The translations under genes and the position numbers were made by a program. Positions 26,308 to 38,742 of a DNA stretch of 64,000 nucleotides are shown here, in pieces. How positions within the stretch are numbered: the first letter of the stretch is position 1; the number at the start of each line of letters is the position of its first letter. The notes under the pieces are model-generated. The model did no database searches, was not told the origin of the DNA, and saw only the letters and a list, made by a program, of their open reading frames with translations. The DNA is from Nymphaea colorata (Eukaryota). The DNA lies in the NCBI RefSeq assembly GCF_008831285.2, contig NC_045138.2:27094001-27158000 (forward strand), in the 5' to 3' direction.

Positions 26308-29026
26308 ATCTGTCACAATTTCTTTACCACAAAATACCATACCTAATACCTGTGAATCTATAGACCTCTATACCTAACCAGTGGCACCTGCCCTTCCAAG
26401 ACTTTTCGAAAAGTTTTTATTCAAACATACTGATTTGCACAATAGTCTCCTTTCTCAACTATAGATTCACCTGTTGATGCTTTTTATCACTAAAATCTCT
26501 GTTTCGTTCACTGAACCAAGGTAATTGTAACTTAGAGATGGAGCAATGATAAAAGGTAGGGATGGGCTCATCTTCCAATTCCGTCCATAAGGGCCATAAA
26601 CTCAAAGTGGCTCAGCCAGTTGTAGAGCCATAGCTCTTCAGCCGAGAAGCTAAGAAATTAAAAGAGCTTCAGAGAGGGTCTAAGGGCCACCCCGTATAAT
26701 TGGTCCCAGCTTTCTATTGAAAATGAACGTTGGTCTGTATAGGCAGCTGCCCACACAGGCCAACATCTATCTCCGACGTTGACCATAGTTATTATTAGAT
26801 ACTAACTTGCATGAAAAAAAAAATGTACAAAACGACCTTATCTTTTATTATACTGACTATGCTTTTTTATTTAATTAAGTTATGAGGCCAACATGAGCAG
26901 CTTGAAAAAATTACCATTCAAGTGGATGACAAGGCAAAGCTTTAGGCTTCTGTGTGAGTAGAAACCTGAGGTTCGTATCAAGAAAATAGAAGAACAAAGC
27001 CTTGCTTTGGGATTAGAGTAATAAATTTGGTCCCAAAATGATTGTTTTTCTTCAATTACTTTTGAGTCAAGATTTAACACTAAACGCAAAAAAAGGAAAT
27101 ACTACTCCTTGACGAAAATTAACTGTAAACCCTACTTTACACATGAAGAACACTGGTTTACAAATCTAAAGAACCAAACAGGACATCATATTATATATTT
27201 GAATCATAGTCTTGGATGAAAGGGAAGGTGATTTCATATAGCTGCTATATAACTGGTAATATTACTCAGTTAATCCCCGTACTGGTTCTTCATAGTTTTA
27301 ACTTCTTATTCAATGACCTAAACTTATCTTGGTAACCCCCAAAAGAATCCCCAGATTCGTGCCCCAGTTTTCTTTTTATTTTTAACTTTTTCTGTGATAT
27401 TACTTAATCTAATGGAAGATTACTTTGGCTGCCTTAAGACCAATTCACAACTGTGAGCATTGGGTTCAGTGGATAAGGCAGTAAGAGTCAACAAAGACTT
27501 GACCTGTCACTTTTTCATTCATTTAATAGTCTATGACCAATCATGTTTTTAATATATAAAAATTGAAGTGTTCACATTGAATATGGCATCGCTTGTCTAT
27601 TTGCTAACTAAGAAGAAGACAGCAAGAACACAGAAAAAGCTTCCTCTTTCTTCTTGTAATACTTCATAATCAACATAACTTGGATCCTGATGGAACAAGA
27701 AACGATAACCATGCATGATCAAAAGAAAAGTGATAAAGGTAGCAACAACCATTCATCTGGATCTTGGATTGAAGCAATCAACAAAGTCTGTACCCACTGT
27801 CGTGGACCCAGTAGTAGGTGGTTTGTTCGAAAGCTAGCAAAATTAATTAACCATCGATGAGGATGCCGTCTTTCGCTGTAAGGGCAAAGTAGTGGAAGAA
27901 ATTTTTTTTTGAATGACACTCTTCTTCATGGTATGATATCGGAAAATTGAAATCAATCGGATGTTATCGAATGGCTAAATATTTGAAATCTGTCACTAAA
28001 AGCACCATGAAACCATCACTATAAACATCATAAACTGTTGTTACATCATCAACCATTGCCAACTTTCTGCCGCTAAAGATTTTGGTGATGCATTTTGAAT
28101 ATTTAACCATCCGGCAATATTTGGCAGCCGACCAATTTTAATTCCTGGTGTTCTGTATGTACAATTCTTAGATTTTATAAAAACATGGCACTTCATGTGA
28201 GAGTATGGAGTCTTCCCAATTTAATAAGCTCCCCTTGTTTTACATAGATCCCAAGAGTGATCAGGAGTATTATTATGAATTTTTGCTTTTTAGTGTTCTG
28301 CTTGACTCCACATTATAGAGAGTCAGGATCTTGTGTTTGTCTTGTTCGTAATAGTAGAGATCCGATGTGGCCGTGAATTAAAATATGAACAAAGAAAAGT
28401 CATTCCCTAAGTCGAATCTGATTACAATCCAAAATCTGATCCAAATTCAATTTTTACATTCATTTCGGAATCCAAATCCGAATTTTGAATTGAATTTGGC
28501 TGATTTTCAAAGCATTGTTTTTAAAAAAATTGATCTGAGTCCAAGAGGCTATTTACATATATCTAAATCTGATTACGATAGGACATCATTTCATAAAATC
28601 TGAGCCTGATCCTATTTCTTAATCAAATAACATTTTTTTTACATCTGATTTTTTTGAAACGGTTTGGTCAGATATACGACCCCAATCAAATATATTGACA
28701 TCCCTAATCCTTCACAACATTAAAATTAGATACTGACTTTATAGTGTTTGATTGCTTTCACCAGGGTTTAGGACTTGGGTTTGATTTTCCTAAGGCTTTT
28801 CAGTTCTTGAAGTGATGGTTGATCAATTTAAGTCTAGTAAGGAGCTCAATCTGGGTCTGGTGTGATCTGCAGCCCGGTCTTAGATGCAACTTGCTTTTCT
28901 AGAGTCTAGATCTCTTAATTGGTCCAAATATATGTTGTAGATGATTGTGTACTTCCTAAAGCTTGAAGCTTATGATGATCCACAGCGTGGTGGGCCCATA
29001 ACCCATAGGTCCCATGATCGAAACTT

Positions 29027-29489
29027 GGCTTTGATATCACTGTAACAACTCGACCCACTCTTGAGTGGAGGCCCTTGGTTCGACAGATCCCACCTACCCC
29101 CTTAGCAATTTTGGGGTGTTATAATCCACCCTCTTTAAGGCACCTGCGTCCGCGCGTGTAGAACCCCAAGTCTGAGTGTTGAACCTGACTCTGATACCAG
29201 AGTAAGAACCCGACCCACTCTTGGGTTCGGACCCCTGGTTTGACGGATCCCAACCCGCAGGACCCCAGGTCCGAGTGTTGAACCTGGCTCTGATACCACT
29301 GTAACAACTCGACCCACTCTTGGATTCGGGCCCTTGGTTCAACGGATCCTAACCCATACCCTAACAGTTTCGGTTCCAACTCCAAAAGGCTAGGAATCAG
29401 GACAATCATCTTATTAATGGTCTCCCTTTATAAGCCCTTAATGATCCATCACAACCTTCGATACATGACTAAACTTATGGGGTGTTACA
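29027..29489 (-). mobile_element. TRIM-like non-autonomous LTR retrotransposon remnant in tandem arrangement
   Basis: 190-bp LTR at 29300-29489 bounded by TGTAACA...TGTTACA. tRNA-Met-type PBS (TGGTATCAGAG on -) at 29298-29288, again at 29199-29189, and degenerate at about 29039-29027. Purine tract AAAGAGGGTGGA precedes a shortened second LTR at 29123-29041. Confidence 0.8.
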
Positions 29490-30139
29490 TGAAGAGTCTG
29501 ATTTGGTAACAAACAAAGATATGATAATTAAGTTTTCACATATACATACTTGTCTTCTTTCATCTCAGCCTGAATTTGAGCCAAAATCCAAGACCCTGAA
29601 CCCAAATGTCAGATTCTATCAGACTTAGTTTCAGTTTCAAAAGGTTACATGATCTGAATCCATACGTGGAATCACTGAGCTTATAGATCACTAGCTTGGA
29701 CTTAAAGCCATGATCAGATCCGACCCCGATATATTACATACTTTACAAATTGTACCGTCATATATTTCTTGCAAGTTGCTGGGATTTTAAAACTTATGAA
29801 ACTTCAGCTTGAAGAGGGTGATCTTCGGTGAATTTATGGTAAAGGGTGACATTTCAAATACAAAAAACTTTAAATTCGTGGCCGTATGATCTTTAAATTG
29901 GCAATCAAAGTTTATATACATATATATATGACCTCAAATCCGCCTGCCATCCGGATGATTGCACTGGGCTGTGTGTGTGTGAGAGACCGAACCATCCAAA
30001 TGACTAGATAAATCAACATACATAAGTTTGAATCGTTCGGCCGTCCATTCATTGTTTTTTTGTTTTTTTCTCACACCCATTGCATCAGGCTGTATGTGTG
30101 AGAGATCTGGATGGATAGATGGACGGATAAATTATGTCT

Positions 30140-30319
<180 letters not shown>

Positions 30320-30542
30320 GGACAGAGAGAGGATAAGGATGGGACATTGGGACTGTTTGGGACTGTTTTGTCGACTTGGCTTTGGTAAGCAGAAAGGAAC
30401 AGCTGTTAGCTTCCTTGGGCAATGTTGTAATTTTCTCAAAGGAAAATTAAAAGGGCAGAAATGAAATTGATAAATAGTGTGACCTGTATCATTAATTTTG
30501 CAACTAACCCAACGACTTGTGAGGTTGCAGGTTAGTAGAGAT

Positions 30543-30735
30543 CAGGGACGGAGCCGAAGGTAGGGCTCGCATGGGCCCTAGCTCACTTCAATTTTTTTTT
30601 GTAAATTTAGATGTAAATTTTAAAAAAAATTATTTGTTTTATACACAAATTTTAAAAAATAGTATTTCGGCCCTAATCAAAATTTAAAAACTTTAATTCA
30701 GCCCGTCCCATGAAAAACTTTTTGCTCCACCCCTG
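30543..30735. mobile_element. hAT-type MITE (CAGGGGCGGAGC-like TIR family)
   Basis: Ends CAGGGACGGAGC...GCTCCACCCCTG; degenerate 8-bp TSD GTAGAGAT / ATCGAGAT (6/8). Related partial copies at about 59696-59840, 60580-60745 and 31240-31383. Confidence 0.75.
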
Positions 30736-31614
30736 ATCGAGATCTAATCTTGGAACTATCGCGACCAAATCTTGATCCGGATAAAACGACGCCTCCACCG
30801 GAGCCTTGAATGAACCTTGGTTTCTCAAATTTGTGGGCAGGCGTACATAAACAATATCATTATGTTAGTGTTTCATGTATCTAATTCAAAAATTGATTAA
30901 ATTTATAAAAAGTGTTTAATGAATCTAGCCAATTTTAGTAATAGTATGCTCTTACTGTTCTCAAACAGCCTTTTAACAAGCTTAACTTTTTCTTCTGAAA
31001 ATGTTAATTAATATATAGGAAGGAAAGAGCGCAGGACACGAGACTTATAAGTTGGTTTTCAAGAACTTATAAAGTGGAGATTTAAACAGTTCAGATTCGA
31101 GTTGGAACCCCATTTTGCTGAATATGATTTAATCAAACACTTGTTGTAATCAGACTTAAATCCATACTTGCATTCAGAACCTGCTTTTTGAAACTGAATT
31201 TCGATTCGACTTGTATAAAATTCAACAATGATATCTAATCAGGTCAAAATTTTAATAGGGGCAGAAATATATTTTCTCAAATTCTTTGTATAGGTTAAAC
31301 AAAAACATATAAGATTTATATATAAAATTTTGATTATCTACAAATCTGAAAAGAAGCCATGGCCCCTCTTGACCCCTGCCCTGCTCGCAGAGTGCATCTT
31401 CCACTGTCAGGAATCTATAGAGCTGCCAGATCAACGTGAAGCTCATCATCAAGAATATCAGGGATACTTACTTTATGAGAAGGCGATGATGTGGAGCCAC
31501 AAAGTTGCATAACTCAAGTCAGGCGTGAACGTTCTTACTGTTTGGCATTCTAATGCATGGCCTGGCCCAAAGACCTGTGCTTCCTGACCCAAGTACGGCT
31601 CATATATATATACT

Positions 31615-31675
<61 letters not shown>

Positions 31676-32534
31676 GATAAAATAGAAATATATAACAAAA
31701 TTTAAGATTAAGAGGTCCTCTAAATATAAAAACAATCCGCAAAAAACAAAAATAACGCAAAAAAACATAAACAGGAAGGAAGGAGAGAGAGAACTGGGCC
31801 GTAACCTGATGTTCCTTTCTAGCAACTGGTACCCCCGTCCACTGCACTTCTGAACAAGCGTTTCACGGTCGTCCTTGTCGTTCCGTCCTCGTGGGTCAAC
31901 CACGTTTCCTTGGTAAATACGAGACATGAACAGAAGATTTCGCAGGAGAATACGAGCTTGTGCTGCAGAAGCATTCCATCAAATGGAAGACAAAAACGTG
32001 TCCCTTTTGTACCACATTTTCGGAACACCGGCGTCCCGTATTAGATACGGGAAATGGGGCCTACGTTCGGCAGACGGGATCCTTCTCGGGACAGCTGTGT
32101 CCGACCGTTCGAGACAGACCCAGAGATCAAGGAAAGAAGCCCTTTCAGAATTTTTTGTTGAAACCATGAGCTCGAATTCGTATGGATATTTAATTGGGCG
32201 TTTTGACGGCTAGGAAAGTGGGGATGGATGGATCTTGTCCCAAATCTAAATTTCAGCATCTTTCTGAATCACAGGGTGGATAGAAAGGGAGAGAGGGGGG
32301 TCAACTATCTAACTTTGCTTCGCCTCTCCTCTATCTACAGGTTTTAGGTTTCTGTTTTTAATTGTATGTGATTGGAGGTTATGTCACTCATGGCGGATAT
32401 TTGGGCCCGAGTTGTCATATGCTGATGATGATGATGACAGATGGAAACCCCAGCGTTTGTCTTCTTTAACCTCAGCTTGATCTCATCTTCACCATTTTCA
32501 ACTCTACCTCCCCACTTCCGTTTTCTTCGAAATC

Positions 32535-32558
32535 ATGGCATCATTCTGGGCTCCTTAA
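32535..32558 (+). other. Candidate upstream ORF (MASFWAP*) in the NPR1 leader
   Basis: aatcATGG gives strong initiation context. TAA ends at 32558, 16 nt before the first in-frame NPR1 ATG (32575). Confidence 0.35.
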
Positions 32559-32574
32559 GAAGCTCGCTTTGTCC

Positions 32575-35500
32575 ATGTTCTCTTCCTCTGAACCTTCCAT
32601 GGCAGATCCTGAGAAACCCACCTTGTCATACCTCGACTCCCCTCCAAACACAAGTTCCTGCATCTCAAACTGTGGCACCCTCTTCACAGAATTCTCCCCG
32701 CCTGAGATTTCATCACTTAGGAAACTCAGCGAGAACCTTGATACGCTGTTCCGGTCCCCGGAATTCGACCTCTACAGCGACTTGAAGATCGTCGTCGACG
32801 GCGGCCTGGAAGCACGCGCTCACCGCTGTATCCTAGCGGCGCGAAGTCCCTTTCTGAAACAGGTTCTGGCGGGGAGTGAGAAGGACAGGTACGAATTGAA
32901 GGAGCTTGCGCAGGAATTTCATGTAGGATATGAAGCCTTGGCCTCTGTCCTGGACTACATGTACAGTGGGAAGGTGAAATCCCCTCCACCAGAGATCATC
33001 ACCTGCATCGACGAAGAGTGCCCTCACGAATCCTGCAGGCCGGCTCTCGATTTCGCTGTTGAGGCCTTCTATGCATCATATGCATTCCAGATTGTAGACC
33101 TGGCTGATGTTTGGAAGGTGAGTGAATTTACAGTTTCAACTTTTCTGTTGTCCTGATTCTATGGTTCATCACTAGGAACTACTAAATCTGGGGCATCGTA
33201 TAGGCATATACTGATACTAGTGCCGCCAGAGTAATGCTGAATTTGGCTTGAGATCGGCTTTGAACTAGGAAGTTCGCTGAAGTCAAAGAGGAGAGGCGGT
33301 ATCTACCAAAAAAAATTATGAAGTCCAGACGCAACACATAAAGTACATAAACCATGTTTTTGAAGAGCTATTTCAAAATGATCTGTACTGTTTTGTTGTT
33401 GCTGATGCTGACTTCTTGTTTGTTCTATTTATGAGAATGATCTAGTTTATCTATCATGACCAGAACAAGTCTGCCTTCTGCCTTCTTCCTTCTCTTGCTT
33501 CAATTTAGTGTCCAAAGTTAAGGAGACGACATGAAGAATGTGAACTTGGACTCGATAGAAAAAGGAAAATCTGGTTTTTCATCTTCTGACCGATATCCAC
33601 TTTAGGAGCTTCGAAACAAATTCATCTGATTTCTGCTTGCTTGATGCTTAGAAGTGCACACCATAAAGGAATAAGTACTCCCGTCTCCTCAAATAACTTT
33701 CTGTTTAATGTCTTCAGACGAGCAACAGTTACATGATGAATCTTGAAGCATCATAAAACCTCCAATCTGAAAAGTCAAGAAAAAAAATCAAATTTACTAA
33801 AGATTTCCAGGTTGACTAATCGAGAATTTTCAATTTCTTAGCACTCTGAAGAGTATTTCAAGCTGCCTTCCAGCACTGCATCAGATTCTTTTATTGCTTA
33901 GCTAATCATAATGAACATTGTGTACAATTATACTGCCTCAATAACTTGTGTTTGTCTACTTGCAGATTCGCCTTTTAGAAATGCTAGACAAGGTCTCTAA
34001 GGATGACATTCTGACAATTCTATCAGTTGCAAACCTGTGTGACAAAGAAAATGGAAGGTTGTTGAACAAGTGCATCGATGGGGTAGTCAGGTCAGATATT
34101 GATTTAGTTACACTGGAGAAAGCACTGCCTGAAGATGTTGTCAAAGTAATCATGGAGACAAGGAAAAATTCAGACATGGCTACCTCTATAATCAACGTAC
34201 CACCAAACAAACATGTAAGAAGGATACATCGTGCGATTGATTCAGACGACATCGAATTAATAAGATTGTTGCTGAAAGAAGGACACACGACTTTGGATGA
34301 TGCATGTGCACTGCACTATGCAGCAGCGTATTGTGATGTCAAGACCACAACAGAACTTCTCGATATTGGGGTGGCTGATGTTAACCACAGGAACCCGAGG
34401 GGATACACGGTGCTGCACGTTGCTGCAATGCGGAAAGAGCCCAAGATCATAGTTTCGCTCTTAACTAAGGGTGCCAGACCATCTGACCTTACACCAGATG
34501 GAAGGAAAGCAGTTCAAGTATCAAAGAGACTAACCAAGTCTGTTCACTACTACAAGACCATTGAACAAGGAAATGCTTCTCCAAACGAGAGGTTATGTAT
34601 AGATGTTCTGGAGCAGGCAGAGAGAAGGGACCCGCTACTAGGAGAAGCTTCTGCTTCTCTTGCAAAAGCAGGCGAGGATCTGCGCTCCAGATTGTTATAC
34701 CTTGAAAGTAGAGGTAACAAATAAAAAATTACTGTTCACATATGCAGTTTGCTAAATGAGACAGATTTGCCTAGTATTCCAATTGCTTTGCTCTAGGGAC
34801 TATACTTCTTCATTGCTGCATATTCCTGCCAACATTTTCGTACAATGACGTGCAATTTTTTCTGCACCACGAACACCTAAAGTACATGGCTTACAGAAAG
34901 CATTTATCAAATAGTTAGGCCAGCGACTCTCATTAGAAATATTACCACAGCTTTTTAAGCACTTAGCAAGAGAGTTTGTTATTTTGAAACCACCATTACT
35001 TTGTACCAAAAACATTTAGGTCTAAGGTTCTTTGTTGTTGTGAATGTTAGAATACGACTTATTCTCGTAGCATTTAAGTTGAATTTAGATGCCTATGTCA
35101 TTTCCCTTGAATTGTCGTGTGCCAGTTCCATAAGGTCGAGACTTGTTAATCTCAAGATCGTCTCAACTGATGCACCGACATGCTAGAATCCTGTGGTTGG
35201 TCTGCGTCCATGGAAGCTCAGTAAAATTTATTCACGTTATAGTGAGTCCGTTTGAATCTGAATTATTGCATGAAATCTTTTCCAAAAGATCGTGCAATTT
35301 TTTTTAACTTCTCAATTTTCCCACTTGTGTACCACTATGGCAGACACTTGCTGAACATTATTGTAAATGGGAATATGACCCCACACATTATTTAGCGGTC
35401 ATTTGGCGTGATACATCAATATCCAAAATAGTTGTTTTTATCGAAAGCCAGGTGACAGCTGAATACATCCCAATGTGGCTAGTTCACAGGAAAACAGATT

Positions 35501-37670
35501 CAAATTTGAGCTTTGGTTTGAATCAGCTATTTGTCTTCTGTTATTATGAGATTTACAAGTTTTTCCAGGAATCCTTCTTCTCTTCCTGCAATTAAATTCC
35601 ATGTCAGTATTATTCCTTCTTGCAGGTTCTGTTTGGCCTTGGGGTGCATTCCTTGAAAGTTGTCTGTTCACTATTAGTCTGTTGCACGTGATGTCTGACC
35701 AAAGCATCAAGTTCTGTTTACGCTCACATTTCTGTTATCTTTTTAATTATATCTAGCTACGACCCACTTTCCTCTGTTATGCCAATTCTGTACTAACAAA
35801 AATTCATCCAAACAAGTGAGATTAGCGATTATGTCAATGATTATGCACACATTCTCGATCTTGTTATCTGTTCCAAATGTTCCATTTTTCCTAATTTGGT
35901 TGCCTATTCTACAGTCAGTCTCGCAAGATTACTGTTCCCTGCGGAGGCCAAAGTTGCCATGGACATCGCGCATGTGGACGGTACACCAGAATTCTCGTCA
36001 GATAAAGTAGACTTGAATGACTCGCCTTTTGTAGTCAGAGAGGACCACCTGTCAAGGCTGAGAGCACTCTCAAAAACAGGCAAGTCAACTCCATATATCT
36101 CATGTCAACTAGATATATATACATATATACGCACTCGTTTGAACACACACACACGCATCCGTATACTGTTTATATTTAAACTTCTATATCTTGCAGTGAA
36201 TTTATTCAAATAAAGTTGTGCGGGAGCCAAGTTTACACTTTCGGGAACTAAAAGGGTCGAACTCACTTGTGTGCACGTTTCTTGCTTATATTGATGAAAG
36301 AGAGCTAAACAGAAATGCTGTTACTCTTTAACTTATTTTGCCCCTGGCGGCAATGGGCGTAAATTCACATCCACAAACAACAAATCACCATGTAACTTAA
36401 GCTGACCTAAACCAGCGCTTGCAACTTCTTCCCAAAATATGAAAACCACCACGACTCCTTTAACAACTGATGCATGTTATTATAAATACATATTCCACCC
36501 TTTGCCTTGCGATTTGAGAGGAGCAACTACTTTGAATGACGAAGCCATAATTATATATAACTTATAACAGACCTTCCGATGTATGTCATAAATTCTCTGT
36601 GTGTCGATCATATGCACGCCCAAAGTCCACCTCTGTACAAAACGGCTTCTTAGCCAGCTTTGTTGAGCTTTAGCATGAACACCCTGGTTGCTTGCTGCAA
36701 AGCAAGCTTCTGCCCCTAAGTGCTTTGGCTCAGGTGTATAAAACATCTTCCTGTTCTGTTCTGTTCTTTTTTATTCAAAAACCACTGAAAGTAATCTATG
36801 AAAGGTACCTTCCTGACCAGCTATTAGACATCTTGGCATCAAGCCTTCATTTATGCACAACCATAGTTCGTAGATGTTGGGTTCAGGCTAGTTAGTTCAG
36901 ATCGCGCGTCCTCCTAGTCCTTTCTAGTGCTTCCAGGTTCTACCTCCTAAACATGATTTTGTGATGAAAGACTACAGTAGATAATCGCCCATAAGAAATG
37001 GAAGTACAAGAATTGAGATATAAGTAAATTTTCACACTTATGAACGATATTAAGTGTTTTAAGAATGGGATTCCAAGACGCATTTTTGCCATCGACACCC
37101 AGCGATAACCGTCTGTGCCCTGTATGATGGCAGCGCCCTGTTCACCCATAAAATGCAGAATTGCTGGTTCTTGTTGTGCTTTGGAGCTGGGTCTACACGC
37201 TAGTTCTGTCCATGTAGTTATAGGAGTCCAGCTTCCATCATTAAAAGGGTTTGAACCTACCATCATGTGTGCATGCATAAGTGTACCACTGTGTTTTTCT
37301 TTGTGAATGTTTTCTTTTCGTTCTAATTCTACGTGTCATTATTTATTATGCCCCACCGGATTCCTAAGATCCTAAGTCCAATTATCTCTCTTAACTTACA
37401 ACAGTGGAGTTGGGCAAACGCTTCTTTCCGAGGTGCTCTGAGGTACTCAACAAGATCATGGATGACGATGATTTGGGTGAACTAGCTTGCTTGACAACGG
37501 GAACCACAGAAGAACAATTAAGAAAGAGAAAAAGATATCTGGAGCTCCAAGAGCTGCTATCAAAAGCATTTAGTGAAGACAAGAAAGCGCAGAATAGCTC
37601 GACAATATCGTCATCGTCATCATCCACAACCACTGTAGAACATGGACGCTCAAGAGTATCCAGAAGATAA
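32575..37670 (+). CDS. NPR1: NPR1 (BTB/POZ-ankyrin salicylic acid receptor/coactivator); exons 32575 (or 32599)-33117, 33966-34713, 35915-36079, 37405-37670
   Basis: BTB domain (HRCILAARSPF, Zn-binding CIDEECPHESCRPA) and ankyrin region (RRIHRAIDSDDIEL, ALHYAAAYCD, RGYTVLHVAAMRKEP). C-terminal LLYLESRV, VDLNDSPF, LSKTVELGKRFFPRCS and NLS-like RKRKR. Four-exon layout typical of the family. Confidence 0.95.
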
Positions 37671-37907
37671 GTCCAAAGTATAGTGTTCGCGGACTTGCCT
37701 TTGTAATCCTAATGATATTTCAGAAACTCATTATAGAAGGATAGTTTGGATTCAGAACATGTAATTAGTGGAGGTGACGCCAAAATTCAGCACGTGATAT
37801 GGCTGCAATTCCTACATGCAAGGCTAGGGATTCCGAGGCAACTTGCAATATTACTGCCAAAAGAGAAACTTGCTCCATGTATATTTGACCATAAATTCTC
37901 CTTCATC

Positions 37908-38186
37908 TACTTCTGGTGTCTAATAGCATACGAGAGATGTGAGAAGAGAAGCTTATTTTATTCCTTCATTACCAAGTATTCTGGGTATCAGGTATGACCT
38001 TGTAACTCATTGCTAGAGAAAGAAAAAACCCTCCATGAATACTTAGCCACAAATCATCTCTTCGCTACTTCTGATGTCTAATAACATACGAGAGATGTGA
38101 GAAGCGAGGCTTATTTTATTTCTTCATTACCAAATATTATGGGTATCAGGTATGACCTTCCAACTCATCACTAGAGAAAGAAAAAC
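37908..38186. repeat. About 120-bp direct duplication between the convergent NPR1 and HSF 3' ends
   Basis: TACTTCTG(G/A)TGTCTAATA(G/A)CATACGAGAGATGTGAGAAG...GGGTATCAGGTATGACCTT...CTAGAGAAAGAAAAA at about 37908-38027 and 38066-38186. Confidence 0.9.
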
Positions 38187-38742
38187 TAAAACTGAGTAAA
38201 GAAAAACCAAAACCAACTAACGGAAAGATAAAAGAGCACTATGCAGGAGATTCTATCCAACTGTTGCTGGAATACCTACCTCGCGACCACCCCAGAATAT
38301 TCTCCCTTACGCTCTGTATCTTCTCGGTTGCTTACTTCTTTGTCATGCCCTGCAATAGAAGATCGAGAGACATAAGCTTAAAGGGAGAGAGAAGAGGTGT
38401 CATATGCAAGCTGCAAGAAAAAAGCAAAACTAATTCAAACCCAGCAACCATCAACATAACATGAAGCAGAAGCCGCTGCTTAATATCTAGTCCTAAAGAT
38501 GAAGATACTAAGAAAACAAGCACACCCCAGATTGATCATCACTACCTAACGCCACATGCATGACTACAGACTAGTCACTCCACACACATATTAAAGAGTT
38601 GATCGTGATGGCACTAAAACCACCACTTTCAGCCTCTTGACCCTTGCACTCCTCATTGTCCACACTATATTTCGCCCATATAACAACAAAAATAACTTGG
38701 AACAACATGCACATGTACAGACCACAGAGCAACTATGAAGGT

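Noticed and set aside
31550..32260. Several 60-125 aa ORFs and a - strand donor-like site (about 31805) upstream of NPR1
   Set aside because: No homology recognised and no consistent exon chain; most likely NPR1 promoter or noncoding sequence.
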